A stretch of DNA of 64,000 bases from Escherichia coli (GCF_009931435.1 NZ_CP043414.1); one strand, 5' to 3'. Shown: positions 1 through 13,154, counted from the first letter of the stretch. Notes: a model not told the origin generated them from the sequence alone. Numbers and translations are program-made.

Positions 1-366
1 CGCGCCTTTGCCCGTGAAACGGGTATTGCCATTGCCTGGGATGAAAGCCTGCGTGAGCCGGATTTTGCCTTTGTGGCGGAAGAAGGCGTGCGAGCGGTGG
101 TGATCAAACCCACGCTCACGGGCAGCCTGGAGAAAGTGCGCGAGCAGGTGCAGGCGGCGCACGTGCTGGGGCTGACGGCGGTGATCAGTTCATCTATTGA
201 GTCGAGCTTAGGCTTAACGCAACTGGCGCGGATTGCCGCCTGGTTAACGCCAGACACTATCCCGGGGCTGGACACGCTGGATCTGATGCAGGCGCAGCAG
301 GTTCGTCGCTGGCCGGGTAGCACGCTGCCTTTTGTCGACGTTGATGCACTGGAGCGGTTGTTATGA
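1..366 (+). CDS. menC: o-succinylbenzoate synthase, C-terminal part (5' end lies outside the window)
   Basis: In-frame ORF running from the window edge to a stop at 364-366; ATGA overlap with the menE start at 363; conserved position upstream of menE. Confidence 0.8.
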   Translation, partial: RAFARETGIAIAWDESLREPDFAFVAEEGVRAVVIKPTLTGSLEKVREQVQAAHVLGLTAVISSSIESSLGLTQLARIAAWLTPDTIPGLDTLDLMQAQQVRRWPGSTLPFVDVDALERLL

Positions 367-1718
367 TCTTCTCTGACTGGCCGTGGCGTCACTGGCGGCA
401 AGTGCGGGGAGAAGCCATCGCCTTACGTCTCAATGATGAGCAACTCAACTGGCGCGAGCTTTGTGTTCACGTCGATGAATTAGCCTTAGGCTTTGCGGCG
501 CAGGGCGTGGTTGAGGGCAGCGGCGTGATGTTGCGGGCGTGGAATACGCCGCAAACGCTGCTCTCCTGGCTGGCGCTACTGCAATGCGGGGCGCGGGTGT
601 TGCCCGTGAACCCTCAGCTGCCGCAACCGTTGCTTGAAGAATTGCTGCCCAATCTAACGCTGCAATTTGCGCTGGTGCCGGAAGGGGAAAACACATTTTC
701 GGCGTTAACGTCGCTGCACATTCAGCTGGTTGAAGGCGTACATGCTGCGGCGTGGCAGCCAACTCGTCTGTGCTCAATGACGTTGACCTCGGGTTCTACC
801 GGGTTGCCGAAAGCCGCTGTCCATACTTATCAGGCCCATCTTGCCAGCGCCGAAGGGGTGTTATCGCTGATTCCGTTTGGCGATCACGATGACTGGTTGC
901 TCTCTTTGCCGCTGTTTCACGTCTCCGGTCAGGGAATTATGTGGCGCTGGTTATACGCTGGTGCGCGGATGACGGTACGTGATAAACAGCCGTTGGATCA
1001 CATGCTGGCAGGCTGTACTCACGCATCGCTGGTGCCGACGCAGCTCTGGCGTTTGCTGGTTAACCGCAGTTCCGTTTCCCTGAAAGCAGTGTTGCTTGGC
1101 GGCGCGGCGATCCCGGTCGAGTTGACGGAACAGGCGCGCGAGCAGGGTATTCGTTGCTTTTGTGGCTATGGTCTGACCGAGTTTGCTTCCACGGTGTGTG
1201 CGAAAGAAGCCGACGGTCTGGCGGACGTCGGTTCGCCGCTGCCCGGTCGGGAAGTGAAAATCGTTAACGATGAAGTGTGGCTGCGGGCTGCCAGCATGGC
1301 AGAAGGTTACTGGCGTAACGGACAACTGGTGCCGCTGCTCAATGACGAAGGCTGGTACGCTACGCGCGATCGCGGCGAGATGCATAACGGTAAACTGACC
1401 ATTGTCGGGCGCTTAGATAATCTGTTCTTCAGTGGTGGCGAGGGTATTCAGCCGGAAGAGGTGGAGCGTGTAATTGCTGCACATCCTGCGGTTTTGCAGG
1501 TGTTTATCGTCCCCGTTGCGGACAAGGAGTTTGGTCATCGACCGGTAGCGGTGGTGGAGTATGACCATCAAAGCGTTGATCTCAGCGAATGGGTGAAAGA
1601 TAAGCTGGCCCGTTTTCAACAACCGGTGCGCTGGCTGACGCTTCCACCTGAACTGAAAAACGGTGGTATTAAAATTTCACGTCAGGCGCTAAAAGAGTGG
1701 GTGCAACGCCAGCAATAA
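363..1718 (+). CDS. menE: o-succinylbenzoate--CoA ligase (451 aa)
   Basis: 451-aa ORF with adenylate-forming enzyme motifs ([16 protein letters not shown]); synteny next to pmrD and arn. Confidence 0.95.
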   Translation: MIFSDWPWRHWRQVRGEAIALRLNDEQLNWRELCVHVDELALGFAAQGVVEGSGVMLRAWNTPQTLLSWLALLQCGARVLPVNPQLPQPLLEELLPNLTLQFALVPEGENTFSALTSLHIQLVEGVHAAAWQPTRLCSMTLTSGSTGLPKAAVHTYQAHLASAEGVLSLIPFGDHDDWLLSLPLFHVSGQGIMWRWLYAGARMTVRDKQPLDHMLAGCTHASLVPTQLWRLLVNRSSVSLKAVLLGGAAIPVELTEQAREQGIRCFCGYGLTEFASTVCAKEADGLADVGSPLPGREVKIVNDEVWLRAASMAEGYWRNGQLVPLLNDEGWYATRDRGEMHNGKLTIVGRLDNLFFSGGEGIQPEEVERVIAAHPAVLQVFIVPVADKEFGHRPVAVVEYDHQSVDLSEWVKDKLARFQQPVRWLTLPPELKNGGIKISRQALKEWVQRQQ

Positions 1719-1827
1719 TTAACCATCCGTTGCACTTCTCATTTCTGCCATTCCATTGCCGTTGATAAAGAGTTTATCTGTTAATCTGTAAATTGATGTG
1801 AAAACTCTTAGCAAACAGGATAATGCA

Positions 1828-2094
1828 ATGGAATGGCTGGTCAAAAAATCGTGCTGCGATAAACAAGATAACAGACATGTACTTATGCTCTGCGATGCTG
1901 GCGGCGCGATAAAAATGATCGCCGAAGTGAAGAGTGACTTCGCCGTGAAAGTGGGCGATTTACTCTCCCCTTTGCAGAATGCGCTTTACTGCATTAATCG
2001 TGAAAAGCTACATACGGTGAAAGTTCTCTCGGCATGCAGCTACAGCCCCGATGAGTGGGAACGGCAGTGTCAATCGGCTGAGAAAACTCAGTAA
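1828..2094 (+). CDS. pmrD: PmrD connector protein (88 aa)
   Basis: ORF 1798-2094 contains [10 protein letters not shown]...; start taken at the internal Met to give the 88-aa PmrD I recognise. Its 3' end overlaps the 3' end of arnF convergently. Confidence 0.9.
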   Translation: MEWLVKKSCCDKQDNRHVLMLCDAGGAIKMIAEVKSDFAVKVGDLLSPLQNALYCINREKLHTVKVLSACSYSPDEWERQCQSAEKTQ

Positions 2095-2474
2095 CGTTGT
2101 TTTGTCGTGGGCAGGAAAATCAGCATCAACCCGCTCATAATACAGGCTACTCCCAGTAGTGCTTTCAGCGAAAAAGTCCCTTCCCAGCCGGGAAGTACCA
2201 TTGAAGCAATCCATACCAGCACATAACTCATACTGAGCAAGGCATAGGCTTTGCTTAGTGCAAGTTTATGTAGTGTTTTATACCAACAAAAAACGGAAAG
2301 CAGATAACCCAGCAGCCCGAGTAACAGTATCCGGGCATCCAGGCCAAAAGCTAACAGCGCCGCGATAAAATCCCATAAGTGCGTCATCGGCGGTAGATGA
2401 CTCGCCGCATAACCCAGGCTTAATTGCGCAGCTGAGGCAATAATGACGCTGAATAATCCCCACATCAGGCCCAT
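2088..2474 (-). CDS. arnF: undecaprenyl-phosphate-L-Ara4N flippase subunit ArnF (128 aa)
   Basis: C-terminal 128 aa of the 222-aa ORF match ArnF ([14 protein letters not shown]...); start ATG shares one nucleotide with the arnE stop. Confidence 0.9.
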   Translation of the reverse strand: MGLMWGLFSVIIASAAQLSLGYAASHLPPMTHLWDFIAALLAFGLDARILLLGLLGYLLSVFCWYKTLHKLALSKAYALLSMSYVLVWIASMVLPGWEGTFSLKALLGVACIMSGLMLIFLPTTKQRY

Positions 2475-2809
2475 TACACCGTACTCCCGAGGATCACAAT
2501 GCCGCCAATAATGAACGCCACCCCACACCAGTGACGCAGTGATACCGGCTCGTGCCACAGTTTTACTGCAGCCAGCGTCACCCAGACAAAATTCAGACTT
2601 AACATCGGGTAGGCAATGCCTACCGGTACGTTCTGCAAGACCAGCAGCCAGAGCACCATGGCAAGGCCAAGACAAGCCAGCGCCAGTCCCAGCCACAGCA
2701 CGATATGTCTGCGCCGTTTGTTTATCGCCACAAAGCAGGTTGCTTGTTTCTGACACAACTGCCCGGCAACGCTAAGCAAGCTGGCAAAGACTAATGTTAG
2801 CCAGATCAT
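2474..2809 (-). CDS. arnE: undecaprenyl-phosphate-L-Ara4N flippase subunit ArnE (111 aa)
   Basis: 111-aa small multidrug-resistance-like membrane ORF; 4-nt overlap with the arnT stop. Confidence 0.9.
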   Translation of the reverse strand: MIWLTLVFASLLSVAGQLCQKQATCFVAINKRRRHIVLWLGLALACLGLAMVLWLLVLQNVPVGIAYPMLSLNFVWVTLAAVKLWHEPVSLRHWCGVAFIIGGIVILGSTV

Positions 2810-4458
2810 TTGGGCCGATACTGAATCAGCACCAGACGCTCCTGACGATCGATGGCATCTGCGGGCGGAATGGCGAGACTGTTGATATCTTCATCGCGGT
2901 CAACCGAAAGCACGAGTGTAATAACCCCCTCCTGACGATGTTGATTAAGCCAGTTTGCGAACTCATCACCGCTGACAAATCTCCCTTTCGCATCCGGATA
3001 ATTTAGGCCGTATTTCAATTCCCCTGTCTGGCGATACATGATGATGTCATCACGTCTCAGGCTCCATGCCAGACCAGCAGCAACGCCGACGCTATCGGTA
3101 AGAATATAGCGGCTTGGCTGCAGTGATTCTTGTGTCGTCTCGACAAAAAATTGCGGATGTTTTCCTTCCATGACTCTGTCAGGAATTGAAAATCCTACCA
3201 GCAACGCCAGCCCAAGCGGGCAAAGTGCGGCAAAAGGCCAGTTTTTTTCGACGTTTGTTAAGGTATACCAGCCGAAAAATGCCCATAGCGAAAAAATCGA
3301 CCATGCACAGAAGACTTTATAGCTCTCGAAGGTTTGCCACACCGGCGTGCTCATAGGTCCCCAGGGGGAGACCACAAACGTAGCAATAATGCCAGTGACG
3401 CCAAAAGCGATGTTAATCCAGCCATTAATCCGCAACGCCAGAGGATTATTTTTTGCTGCCAGCAAAGCGTAATGCGCCATCAGCATTGCCAGAGGTGCAA
3501 AGCAGGAAAGAATATAGGTGGGCAATTTGCCTTTGGCAACGGAGAAAAACAGCAGCGGCATTACCGCCCAGCTCAATAAATAGACGGTTGCGGAATGCTT
3601 GCGGTTTTTCCAGCCTGTGTACAGTGCTCCGGGGAGTAATCCCAGCCACGGCAGGCTACCGGCAATGATGACCGGCAAGTAGTACCAGAACGGAGCTCTA
3701 TGCTGGGCATCATCCAGTGCAAAGCGTTGAATATGCTCAACCCAGAAAAAATAGTGCCAGAAGTCAGGCTCCCGCTGCGCTATCGCCAGTCCCCAGGGGA
3801 GAACCGTCAGTACGCAACTGATAACCGCCAGCCAGCCGTAAATAAAGAGATCTTTCCAGCGTTTTTGCGTTGCAACCCATGGCAGCACGCTTAATACCGG
3901 CACGGCAAGGGCGAGAAAACCTTTGGTCATCACCCCCATGCCGCAGGTGATTCCCAGCAGTAAAAATCCCGCGCTTTTGCCTTTCCACGTCTGTGCCTGC
4001 ATTGCCAGCCAGAAGCTGCACATTCCCGCCACCAGCCAGAATGCAATAAACGGATCGAGCACGGCATAAGTGCCAATGGCATAGACAATAAACAGTGAGA
4101 GATAAATCACTGCGGCGAGTAGAGCCAGACGTTTATCGCGCCATAAGCGCAGGGTAAACCAGGTCACCAGCGCGGCAGTTAACAGGGTCGCAAAGATAAC
4201 GCCTGCCCGCACACCAAAGTTATTTGCGCCAAATAGCCATTGCCCAATACTGTTAATCCAGTATCCGGCAATGGGTTTTTCGAAATAACGTAGCCCTAAC
4301 ATATGGGGCACAATCCAGTCGCCGGATGCCAGCATTTCCCGACTGATTTCCGCATAACGCGTTTCATCTGGTTGCCAGAGCAGACGCGTGCTGATCGGTA
4401 ACAGGTAATAGCAGGCAATAAACGCGAAGAGGCCGATAAGGTAACGTACCGATTTCAT
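2806..4458 (-). CDS. arnT: undecaprenyl-phosphate-alpha-L-Ara4N transferase (550 aa)
   Basis: 550-aa polytopic membrane ORF ([13 protein letters not shown]...); position in the arn operon. Confidence 0.95.
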   Translation of the reverse strand: MKSVRYLIGLFAFIACYYLLPISTRLLWQPDETRYAEISREMLASGDWIVPHMLGLRYFEKPIAGYWINSIGQWLFGANNFGVRAGVIFATLLTAALVTWFTLRLWRDKRLALLAAVIYLSLFIVYAIGTYAVLDPFIAFWLVAGMCSFWLAMQAQTWKGKSAGFLLLGITCGMGVMTKGFLALAVPVLSVLPWVATQKRWKDLFIYGWLAVISCVLTVLPWGLAIAQREPDFWHYFFWVEHIQRFALDDAQHRAPFWYYLPVIIAGSLPWLGLLPGALYTGWKNRKHSATVYLLSWAVMPLLFFSVAKGKLPTYILSCFAPLAMLMAHYALLAAKNNPLALRINGWINIAFGVTGIIATFVVSPWGPMSTPVWQTFESYKVFCAWSIFSLWAFFGWYTLTNVEKNWPFAALCPLGLALLVGFSIPDRVMEGKHPQFFVETTQESLQPSRYILTDSVGVAAGLAWSLRRDDIIMYRQTGELKYGLNYPDAKGRFVSGDEFANWLNQHRQEGVITLVLSVDRDEDINSLAIPPADAIDRQERLVLIQYRPK

Positions 4459-5348
4459 CAGCGACTACCCGCAATTTGTTGGCAACCCAGCCAGCCTTCA
4501 CGTCCGGCAATATTTCCGCGAACAACTTGTCCGAGCGGCAACGTCCCTGATAACAGTTCGCTTAAAGGGCAAAATGTCACGCCTTCCTGGGCTGCGCGTT
4601 TCAGGAGATCCACAAAATTATGCTGATAAGCGCAGCCTTCAACTTCTGCATGAATGGTATAAACCGGCGTGCCTTTATCTCGCAGGATGCGGTTGAGTAA
4701 CCAACCGTTAAAATCTTCAGCTTTCACATCCCGACCAATCACTTCATCCCAGGTGGGTAAGGTCACCGGAATTTGCGCCGTGCCGGGTTTTCCTGTTTCG
4801 AGCAATGGACGAAACGGCATAGCCCCACGACAATCGCTGTTGTAGCGCAAATGGAACGCTTCTTTTGCTTCGATCACCTGCTGGTCGGCACGCCAGCCAG
4901 CGGCTGCGGAGCAGGTTACCGGTTGGCCGATAATTTCTTCCAGGGTGCGAAGGCCGCGTGCGATATCGTCGACCATTGTTTGCCGATCCCAGTTACTGCT
5001 ATGGGCTTGCCAGGCATGGTGATCCCAGGCGTGCAGGCCGACTTCGTGATGTTTAGCCGCTTCACGAATGATATCGGCATTGGCATGACCAATCTCTTTA
5101 CCTGGCCAGGCCGTACCTGCCAGTAAAATATCCCAGCCATAAAGCGATGCCGCGTTTGAGCGCAGCATCTTCCACAAAAACTGTGGCTTCACCAGTCGCC
5201 AGAGATGGCGGCCCATATTGTCCGGGCCGACGCTGAAAAAAATGCTGGCCTGAATATTATGCTTACTCAAGATTTCCAGCAGACGCGGCACGCCTTCACG
5301 GGTGCCACGAAAGGTATCGACATCAATGCGTAAGCCTACTTTTGTCAT
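4458..5348 (-). CDS. arnD: 4-deoxy-4-formamido-L-arabinose-phosphoundecaprenol deformylase (296 aa)
   Basis: 296-aa polysaccharide-deacetylase-like ORF; overlaps arnA and arnT ends. Confidence 0.95.
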   Translation of the reverse strand: MTKVGLRIDVDTFRGTREGVPRLLEILSKHNIQASIFFSVGPDNMGRHLWRLVKPQFLWKMLRSNAASLYGWDILLAGTAWPGKEIGHANADIIREAAKHHEVGLHAWDHHAWQAHSSNWDRQTMVDDIARGLRTLEEIIGQPVTCSAAAGWRADQQVIEAKEAFHLRYNSDCRGAMPFRPLLETGKPGTAQIPVTLPTWDEVIGRDVKAEDFNGWLLNRILRDKGTPVYTIHAEVEGCAYQHNFVDLLKRAAQEGVTFCPLSELLSGTLPLGQVVRGNIAGREGWLGCQQIAGSR

Positions 5349-7326
5349 GATGGTTTATCCGTAAGCTCGACGGTGCGCAAGAAGAAATCCAGCGTTTCGT
5401 CGATGGTTTCCTGCATATCAATTTTGGGTTCCCAGTCCAGGCAGCGGCGGGCATTACGGATGCTTGGTTTACGATGCTCTACGTCCTGATATCCCTTGCC
5501 GTAGTAGCTGCTACTTTCGACAACGCGAAAGCCCGCAAACGGTGGGAAGTGATGGCGCAGCGGATGTTTTTCGAAGCTCGCCAGCAGCATCTCGCCCAGT
5601 TCCTCAATGCTCGCTTCGTTATCAGGATTGCCAATGTTGATAATTTCGCCGTCGCAGCGATTGCCTGCATTTTCGATAATGCGATACAACGCTTCAATGC
5701 CATCCCGGATATCAGTAAAGCAGCGTTTTTGTTTTCCGCCATCAATCAGCTTAATCGGTGAACCTTCCACCAGGTTGAGAATGAGTTGCGTAATAGCGCG
5801 GGAGCTGCCAATTCGCGCTGCATTAAGGTTATCCAGTCGTGGCCCCATCCAGTTAAACGGGCGGAAGAGGGTAAACTGTAAACCCTCTTTTTCGCCATAG
5901 GCCCAGATCACTCGATCAAGTAATTGTTTAGACACCGAATAGATCCAGCGTGGTTTATTCACCGGGCCGACGATTAAATTAGAATGGTCTTCATCGAAGT
6001 ATTTATCGCTACACATCCCATAAACTTCTGAAGTCGACGGGAAGATGATTCGCTTACGGTACTTCACGCAGTAGCGGATAATGCGCAGATTCTCTTCAAA
6101 ATCGAGTTCAAATACGCGCAGCGGGTTGCGGGTATATTCAATCGGCGTGGCTATCGCCACCAAAGGCAAGACGACATCACATTTTTTGACGTGATACTCA
6201 ATCCATTCGGAATGAATACTGATATCGCCTTCGACAAAGTGAAAATGCGGATGATTCAGAAAACGGCTTATCGCATCGCTGCCGATATCCAGACCGTAGA
6301 CTTCATAGTGATCTTCGCGCAGCAGGCGTTCTGTCAGATGGTTGCCAATAAAGCCATTCACCCCGAGGATGAGTACCCGTGTACGGCGTCGGGCGGCGCA
6401 GGCAGGCTGGCTATTCAAGCGTGAACCTTGCACCAGCCCCAGTGTCTGCGCCAATTGCGAGCCTTGCATAGTAATGCCGTCGCCCGCCTGTCCGGTGACG
6501 ATTTCCAGCGCGCCATCGCCACAGGCAATCAGCAACGGCGCAACAGAAATCACGCTTCCCGGCTGCGCTGCGGATGTATGAGGATGTACGCGTGACGACC
6601 AGACGGTAAATTTTTGATTACCAACATAGCTGAAGGCTCCCGGCCACGGATCGGCGACGGCACGCACCATGTTATGCAATACTGCTGCCGGTTTATGCCA
6701 CTCGAGGAAGCTGTCTTCTGGCGTTCTGCGACCAAAACAGGTGGCTTCGTTTTCGCGCTGGACGATTTCCAGAATATTACCGTCTTTAATGGCGGGTAAT
6801 GTCTGCTCCAGTAGCTGGCGCGCGGCATGGCATAACTTGTGATGAAGCGTAATGGCGATATCGTCTGGCGCAATGGCAATGCGCAATTGGGCCACAATGG
6901 CCCCAGCATCGGCACGTTTCACCATTCGGTGCAATGTCACGCCAGTTTCCGTTTCACCGTTCACCAGCACCCAGTTCAGCGGCGCGCGACCACGATATTT
7001 TGGTAACAGCGAACCATGCAGATTAAATGCGCCTGCAGGGGCGAGCTGCAAAATCTCGTCGTGAATAAGATGGCGATAATAAAACGAGAAAATCACCTCC
7101 GGCGACATTTGGGCAATGCGCTCCACCCATAGTGGATGATTAACGTTATCCGGCGCGTAAACCGGAATGCCTCTTTCCGCTGCAAGTCGGGCAACCGAAC
7201 CATAAAAGGCTTTTTCACCGGGATTATCAGTATGAGTAAAAATAGCGCTAATTTCGTAACCGGCAGCCAGCAGGGCTTCAATACCGAGGCATCCCATATC
7301 GTGGTAGGCAAAAACGACGGTTTTCA

Positions 7327-7327
<1 letters not shown>
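5345..7327 (-). CDS. arnA: bifunctional UDP-glucuronic acid decarboxylase / UDP-Ara4N formyltransferase (660 aa)
   Basis: 660-aa ORF with an N-terminal formyltransferase region and a C-terminal NAD-dependent epimerase/dehydratase region ([10 protein letters not shown]). Confidence 0.95.
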
Positions 7328-8298
<971 letters not shown>

Positions 8299-9456
8299 TT
8301 ATTGTCCTGCGAGTTGCTGAAGGGCTGTGATGACGCGGTCGGCATCGGCGGTGGTCATATCCGGGAACAGCGGCAACGAACAGATGCGTTCGCTATTCCA
8401 TTCGGTATTCGGTAACGACAGCTCGGGAAAACGCTCGCGATAATATTTTTGTGTGTGAGCGGCGCGGAAATGTAACCCGGTACCAATGCCTCTTTCTTTT
8501 AACGCTTCCATCAACGCATCGCGACTGATACCACAACGTTGTTCATCGACACGAATAATAAACAGATGCCAGGCGTGAACGTGCGGCCAGGCGGGAAGGC
8601 TTAATGGCTCAAAGGGGAGAGCTGCCAGAGCTTGCTGATATTGCAGAGCAATTTCGCACCGACGGGTGTTGAGGTGCTCTAATTTGGCTAACTGGGTCAG
8701 GGCAATCGCGGCGTTAATATCGGTCAGATTATACTTATAGCCCGGCGTTAAGACTTCAGCTTGCGGTGCACGGCCCCAGGTTTGTCTGTCATATGCATCG
8801 ACACCCAGACCGTGAAATTTCAGCATCCGTAGCTGGCGGGCAAGGTTTTCATTATCAGTAACAATCAGGCCACCTTCCGCACAGGTAATATTTTTGATGG
8901 CGTGAAACGAAAAAATAGCGGTACCTTTTGCGCCAATATGTCGGCCTTTGTAATACGTACCGACGGCATGGGCAGCATCTTCGATAACTGCGATGCCGTA
9001 ACGTTCGCCAATGGCGCGAATGGCGTCAATATCTGCTGGCGCACCGGCATAATGCACCGGAATGATGGCTTTAGTGCGTGGCGTAATGGCTGCTTCGATC
9101 GTTTCAGGCGTGACCATCAGCGTATCGCGGTCGACATCCACCATTACCGGCGTTGCACCCAACAAGGAGATCATATTGAGGGTTGAAACCCAGGTCAGGG
9201 AAGGCGTAATCACTTCATCGCCCTTGCCAATTTCCAACGCCATTAGCGTGATATGCATTCCGGCGGTGGCTGAACTGACCGCGATGGCATGCTGATTTCC
9301 CGTCAACTGGCAAAAGGCTTGTTCAATCGCCTGATTCTTCGGACCGGTTGTGATCCAACCGGATTCGAGAACCTCTTTAACTGCTGCGAGTTCCTCCACG
9401 CCCATTGCTGGTCGCGAAAAAGGCAAAAATTCTGACATTGCTTTTCCTTCCGCCAT
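8299..9456 (-). CDS. arnB: UDP-4-amino-4-deoxy-L-arabinose--oxoglutarate aminotransferase
   Basis: DegT/ArnB-type PLP aminotransferase ORF. Start chosen at MAEGKAM (385 aa); the ATG at 9438 (MSEFLPF) has the better RBS (GGAAGGA) and may be the true start. Confidence 0.9.
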   Translation of the reverse strand: MAEGKAMSEFLPFSRPAMGVEELAAVKEVLESGWITTGPKNQAIEQAFCQLTGNQHAIAVSSATAGMHITLMALEIGKGDEVITPSLTWVSTLNMISLLGATPVMVDVDRDTLMVTPETIEAAITPRTKAIIPVHYAGAPADIDAIRAIGERYGIAVIEDAAHAVGTYYKGRHIGAKGTAIFSFHAIKNITCAEGGLIVTDNENLARQLRMLKFHGLGVDAYDRQTWGRAPQAEVLTPGYKYNLTDINAAIALTQLAKLEHLNTRRCEIALQYQQALAALPFEPLSLPAWPHVHAWHLFIIRVDEQRCGISRDALMEALKERGIGTGLHFRAAHTQKYYRERFPELSLPNTEWNSERICSLPLFPDMTTADADRVITALQQLAGQ

Positions 9457-9536
9457 TGAATACCTGTCCACTTATATTTGCTATAAAGAGTGTTGTGTAT
9501 ATTTTGCCATTTGGAGCGAAATTCTAAGGATAGAAT

Positions 9537-9553
9537 ATTAACTTAACCTTAAG
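9537..9553 (-). promoter_or_regulatory. Putative PmrA (BasR) box upstream of arnB
   Basis: On the arn strand the sequence reads CTTAAG-GTTAA-GTTAAT, a hexamer direct repeat with 5-nt spacing about 80-95 nt upstream of the arnB start, resembling the PmrA half-site arrangement. Confidence 0.45.
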
Positions 9554-9745
9554 AAATTAATATTAGACGTAAATATTGAAATTTTTATATTTTTTCTTAT
9601 TTAGGCTTTGCATTTGGCAAAATTTTGAGGCATTTTGCCGGCATCGTAGGATTTTTAATATTACACCAACTGCTAATTATCGCCAGAAATGTCGCTCAAT
9701 TTCACGGTAATTGTCTGGTTGCGCTTGTCTATAGGTGGAGTTTAC

Positions 9746-10348
9746 GTGTTAGCTTTTTGCCGCTCTTCGTTGAAGTCAAAAAAATATTTCATCATTTTAC
9801 TGGCGCTCGCTGCAATTGCCGGACTGGGTACTCATGCCGCCTGGAGTAGCAATGGTTTGCCACGTATCGACAATAAAACACTGGCCAGACTGGCACAGCA
9901 GCACCCGGTTGTCGTTTTGTTTCGCCATGCTGAACGTTGCGATCGTTCAACCAATCAATGCTTGTCAGATAAAACAGGTATTACGGTCAAAGGTACCCAG
10001 GATGCCCGTGAACTGGGCAACGCTTTTAGCGCTGACATCCCTGATTTCGATCTTTATTCCAGTAATACCGTCCGGACCATTCAGTCGGCGACCTGGTTTT
10101 CAGCGGGGAAAAAGCTGACGGTAGATAAACGACTTCTTCAATGCGGTAATGAGATTTATAGTGCAATTAAGGACTTACAAAGCAAAGCACCTGATAAAAA
10201 TATCGTTATTTTTACCCATAATCATTGCCTGACATATATTGCTAAAGATAAGCGTGATGCGACATTTAAACCTGATTATCTGGATGGTTTAGTCATGCAT
10301 GTAGAAAAAGGCAAAGTTTATCTGGATGGGGAATTCGTTAACCACTAA
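9746..10348 (+). CDS. ais: lipopolysaccharide core heptose(II)-phosphate phosphatase Ais (200 aa)
   Basis: Histidine-phosphatase motif (LFRHAERC); start placed at an in-frame GTG ([13 protein letters not shown]...) to match the 200-aa protein with its signal peptide; the upstream ATG at 9689 is the alternative. Confidence 0.8.
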   Translation: MLAFCRSSLKSKKYFIILLALAAIAGLGTHAAWSSNGLPRIDNKTLARLAQQHPVVVLFRHAERCDRSTNQCLSDKTGITVKGTQDARELGNAFSADIPDFDLYSSNTVRTIQSATWFSAGKKLTVDKRLLQCGNEIYSAIKDLQSKAPDKNIVIFTHNHCLTYIAKDKRDATFKPDYLDGLVMHVEKGKVYLDGEFVNH

Positions 10349-10386
10349 ATTTTCAATCTGACAGCCAGTAATGGCTGCCATCACTG

Positions 10387-10812
10387 TTACAGAAGACCTT
10401 TCAAACGTAACGTTTTTCGGGTGGCGACATTCAAATCATAATGCACCAGATCTTCAGGTTTTACCCACGCGTAGTCCTGAAACTCTTCGTTTATTTTCAC
10501 TTCTCGGTTGGCAGAAACGCAGTCAAAAATCAGGTAAATCATATAAATCTCTTCCTTGCGGCCATCTGCATACGTCTTGGTGCGAATATCATCGCTGAAG
10601 GTCCACGGCGTGATTTCTGTCAAAAGCAGCTGTTCTCCCAGTTCTTCGCGAATTTCGCGGCGTAGTGCCTCTTCAATTCGTTCACCAGGCTCCACGCCGC
10701 CACCCGAAAGCGCCCATTGACCGGGGAAAACGCCGCGATCGTCGGCCATTTTACACAGCAAATAAGCACCATCATTTTCAATCAAAGGGCATACAATAGT
10801 CCGTTGTCGCAC
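10387..10812 (-). CDS. nudI: Nudix hydrolase NudI (141 aa)
   Basis: Nudix box ([24 protein letters not shown]); start placed at an in-frame GTG preceded by AGGA, giving the 141-aa form. Confidence 0.85.
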   Translation of the reverse strand: MRQRTIVCPLIENDGAYLLCKMADDRGVFPGQWALSGGGVEPGERIEEALRREIREELGEQLLLTEITPWTFSDDIRTKTYADGRKEEIYMIYLIFDCVSANREVKINEEFQDYAWVKPEDLVHYDLNVATRKTLRLKGLL

Positions 10813-11090
10813 AGGAGTATTCCTTATAAATAAAAAGAAACCATGAGAATACGGCAACTTAGAAATATGTGAAAGTGACAGTAATCTCTTTTGCGATGAT
10901 AACTGTACTTATTATTATTTTTGTGTGTATCGGTAAAGTGTGTTTATTTTTTCGGCGTTTAATTATTTAAGAAGTATTTAGTTACAATAAGTGACTAGAT
11001 CCCTTTTTTCGCTCATTGAATCCTCTGTGCCAGGCAGTACAATCCCGCAGCTTTGGGAATTTTGATTTATTGCTTGTGGGAGAGGGGAAA

Positions 11091-11633
11091 ATGAAAAAAA
11101 TTGCGCTAGCAGGTCTGGCCGGAATGCTGTTGGTTTCTGCATCGGTCAATGCAATGAGTATCAGCGGTCAGGCGGGTAAAGAATACACCAATATTGGTGT
11201 CGGTTTTGGTACGGAATCGACGGGCCTGGCGTTAAGCGGTAACTGGACACATAACGACGACGACGGTGACGTCGCGGGTGTGGGGCTGGGGTTGAATCTG
11301 CCTCTTGGTCCGTTAATGGCGACCGTTGGCGGTAAAGGTATTTATACCAATCCGAATGATGGTGATGAAGGCTATGCCGCTGCTGTTGGTGGTGGTTTGC
11401 AGTGGAAAATTGGCAACAGCTTCCGTTTGTTTGGCGAGTATTACTACTCTCCAGATTCGCTCTCCAGCGGTATTCAAAGTTATGAGGAAGCGAATGCGGG
11501 TGCGCGTTACACCATTATGCGTCCAGTCAGTATTGAGGCAGGTTATCGCTATCTGAATCTGTCGGGTAAAGATGGTAACCGCGACAACGCCGTGGCTGAC
11601 GGTCCATATGTTGGGGTTAACGCCAGTTTCTGA
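11091..11633 (+). CDS. yfaZ: outer-membrane-like protein YfaZ (180 aa)
   Basis: Internal ATG with RBS GGGGAAA; signal peptide MKKIALAGLAGMLLVSASVNA; C-terminal aromatic residue typical of beta-barrel proteins. Confidence 0.85.
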   Translation: MKKIALAGLAGMLLVSASVNAMSISGQAGKEYTNIGVGFGTESTGLALSGNWTHNDDDGDVAGVGLGLNLPLGPLMATVGGKGIYTNPNDGDEGYAAAVGGGLQWKIGNSFRLFGEYYYSPDSLSSGIQSYEEANAGARYTIMRPVSIEAGYRYLNLSGKDGNRDNAVADGPYVGVNASF

Positions 11634-11639
11634 TGCCTT

Positions 11640-11675
11640 CCGGCGCGGCATTCTGTCGCGCCATTCAGTTTCTTA
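11640..11675 (+). terminator. Possible intrinsic terminator after yfaZ
   Basis: GGCGCG...CGCGCC hairpin followed by a T-containing tract. Confidence 0.35.
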
Positions 11676-11732
11676 CTACGCCTTATCTCCCTTTGCGTTA
11701 TAGTGATTCGATAACAAAAGCAGGAGATAACC

Positions 11733-12935
11733 ATGTTAACAGTGGAAATGTTATCCACCGGGGATGAAGTGTTACACGGGCAAATCGTTGACACTAACGC
11801 TGCCTGGCTGGCCGATTTTTTCTTTCATCAGGGGTTGCCATTATCTCGCCGTAATACGGTGGGGGATAACCTCGATGACTTAGTGACCATTCTTCGTGAA
11901 CGTAGTCAGCACGCCGATGTGCTGATTGTGAACGGCGGGCTGGGGCCGACCAGTGATGATTTAAGCACACTCGCCGCTGCGACTGCAAAAGGAGAAGGCC
12001 TGGTGCTGCATGAGGCCTGGCTCAAAGAGATGGAACGCTATTTCCGCGAACGTGGACGGGTGATGGCACCGAGCAACCGTAAACAAGCGGAGCTGCCAGC
12101 CAGTGCAGAATTTATCAATAACCCGGTAGGCACCGCTTGTGGTTTTGCCGTGCAGCTTAATCGTTGTCTGATGTTCTTTACCCCCGGCGTACCGTCGGAA
12201 TTTAAGGTGATGGTCGAGCACGAAATCCTGCCGCGCCTGCGCGAACGTTTTTCTTTACCGCAGCCGCCGATTTGTCTGCGTTTGACTACCTTCGGTCGTT
12301 CGGAAAGCGATCTGGCGCAAAGCCTGGACTCCCTGCAACTGCCGCCGGGCGTAACAATGGGCTATCGCTCTTCTATGCCGATAATTGAACTTAAGCTGAC
12401 CGGACCGGCAAGCGAGCAACAGGCGATGGAAAAACTGTGGCTGGACGTTAAACGTGTTGCCGGACAGAGTGTGATTTTCGAAGGTACTGAAGGACTGCCC
12501 GCGCAGATCAGCCGCGAATTGCAAAGCCGTCAGTTCAGCCTGACATTGAGTGAGCAATTCACCGGTGGTTTAATGGCTTTGCAACTTTCTCGCGCAGGTG
12601 CTCCATTGCTGGCGTGTGAAGTAGTTCCTTCACAGGAAGAAACCCTGGCGCAAACTGCGCACTGGATTACAGAACGGCGTGCCAACCATTTTGCCGGGCT
12701 GGCACTGGCTGTTTCGGGTTTCGAGAACGAACATCTCAACTTTGCGCTAGCCACGCCAGACGGCACTTTCGCTTTGCGTGTGCGTTTTAGCACTACGCGC
12801 TACAGTCTGGCTATTCGCCAGGAAGTCTGCGCAATGATGGCACTGAATATGCTGCGCCGTTGGTTAAACGGTCAGGACATCGCCAGTGAGCATGGCTGGA
12901 TTGAGGTTGTTGAGTCCATGACTTTATCTGTCTGA
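11733..12935 (+). CDS. yfaY: CinA-like competence/damage-inducible family protein (400 aa)
   Basis: 400-aa ORF; the N-terminus (MLTVEMLSTGDEVLHGQIVDTNAAWLA) is the MoCF-binding/CinA signature. Confidence 0.9.
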   Translation: MLTVEMLSTGDEVLHGQIVDTNAAWLADFFFHQGLPLSRRNTVGDNLDDLVTILRERSQHADVLIVNGGLGPTSDDLSTLAAATAKGEGLVLHEAWLKEMERYFRERGRVMAPSNRKQAELPASAEFINNPVGTACGFAVQLNRCLMFFTPGVPSEFKVMVEHEILPRLRERFSLPQPPICLRLTTFGRSESDLAQSLDSLQLPPGVTMGYRSSMPIIELKLTGPASEQQAMEKLWLDVKRVAGQSVIFEGTEGLPAQISRELQSRQFSLTLSEQFTGGLMALQLSRAGAPLLACEVVPSQEETLAQTAHWITERRANHFAGLALAVSGFENEHLNFALATPDGTFALRVRFSTTRYSLAIRQEVCAMMALNMLRRWLNGQDIASEHGWIEVVESMTLSV

Positions 12936-13154
12936 TTCCGCCACTCCGTGCCGGTTTACTGCACCGGCACATTCCCCCTCCGGCAAAATTTGTCCAACCT
13001 GTTGTACTCAATAAGAAAAAATCCGTGCGCTGATTCACAAATTTGTGCGTAATTTCTCCAGTCCGCTGGACGAGGTGCGGGATTTGATGCGCTTCACAAT
13101 TTTACTCCCCCTGAGCAACGAGACTGATTCCAGTATCTAAGACTGGAGTCCAGT

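Noticed and set aside
445-1385. Minus-strand ORFs of 110 and 144 aa inside menE
   Set aside because: Antisense to a recognised conserved gene, Arg/Ala-rich, with no independent support.
1719-1827. PhoP box upstream of pmrD
   Set aside because: GTTTAT-like motifs are present (GAGTTTATCTGTTAATCTGTAAAT) but I could not match a clean (T/G)GTTTA-N5-(T/G)GTTTA direct repeat by eye; not called as a feature.
10349-10386. Weak hairpin between convergent ais and nudI
   Set aside because: Only a 6-bp stem (CAGCCA...TGGCTG) with no T-tract; insufficient to call a terminator.
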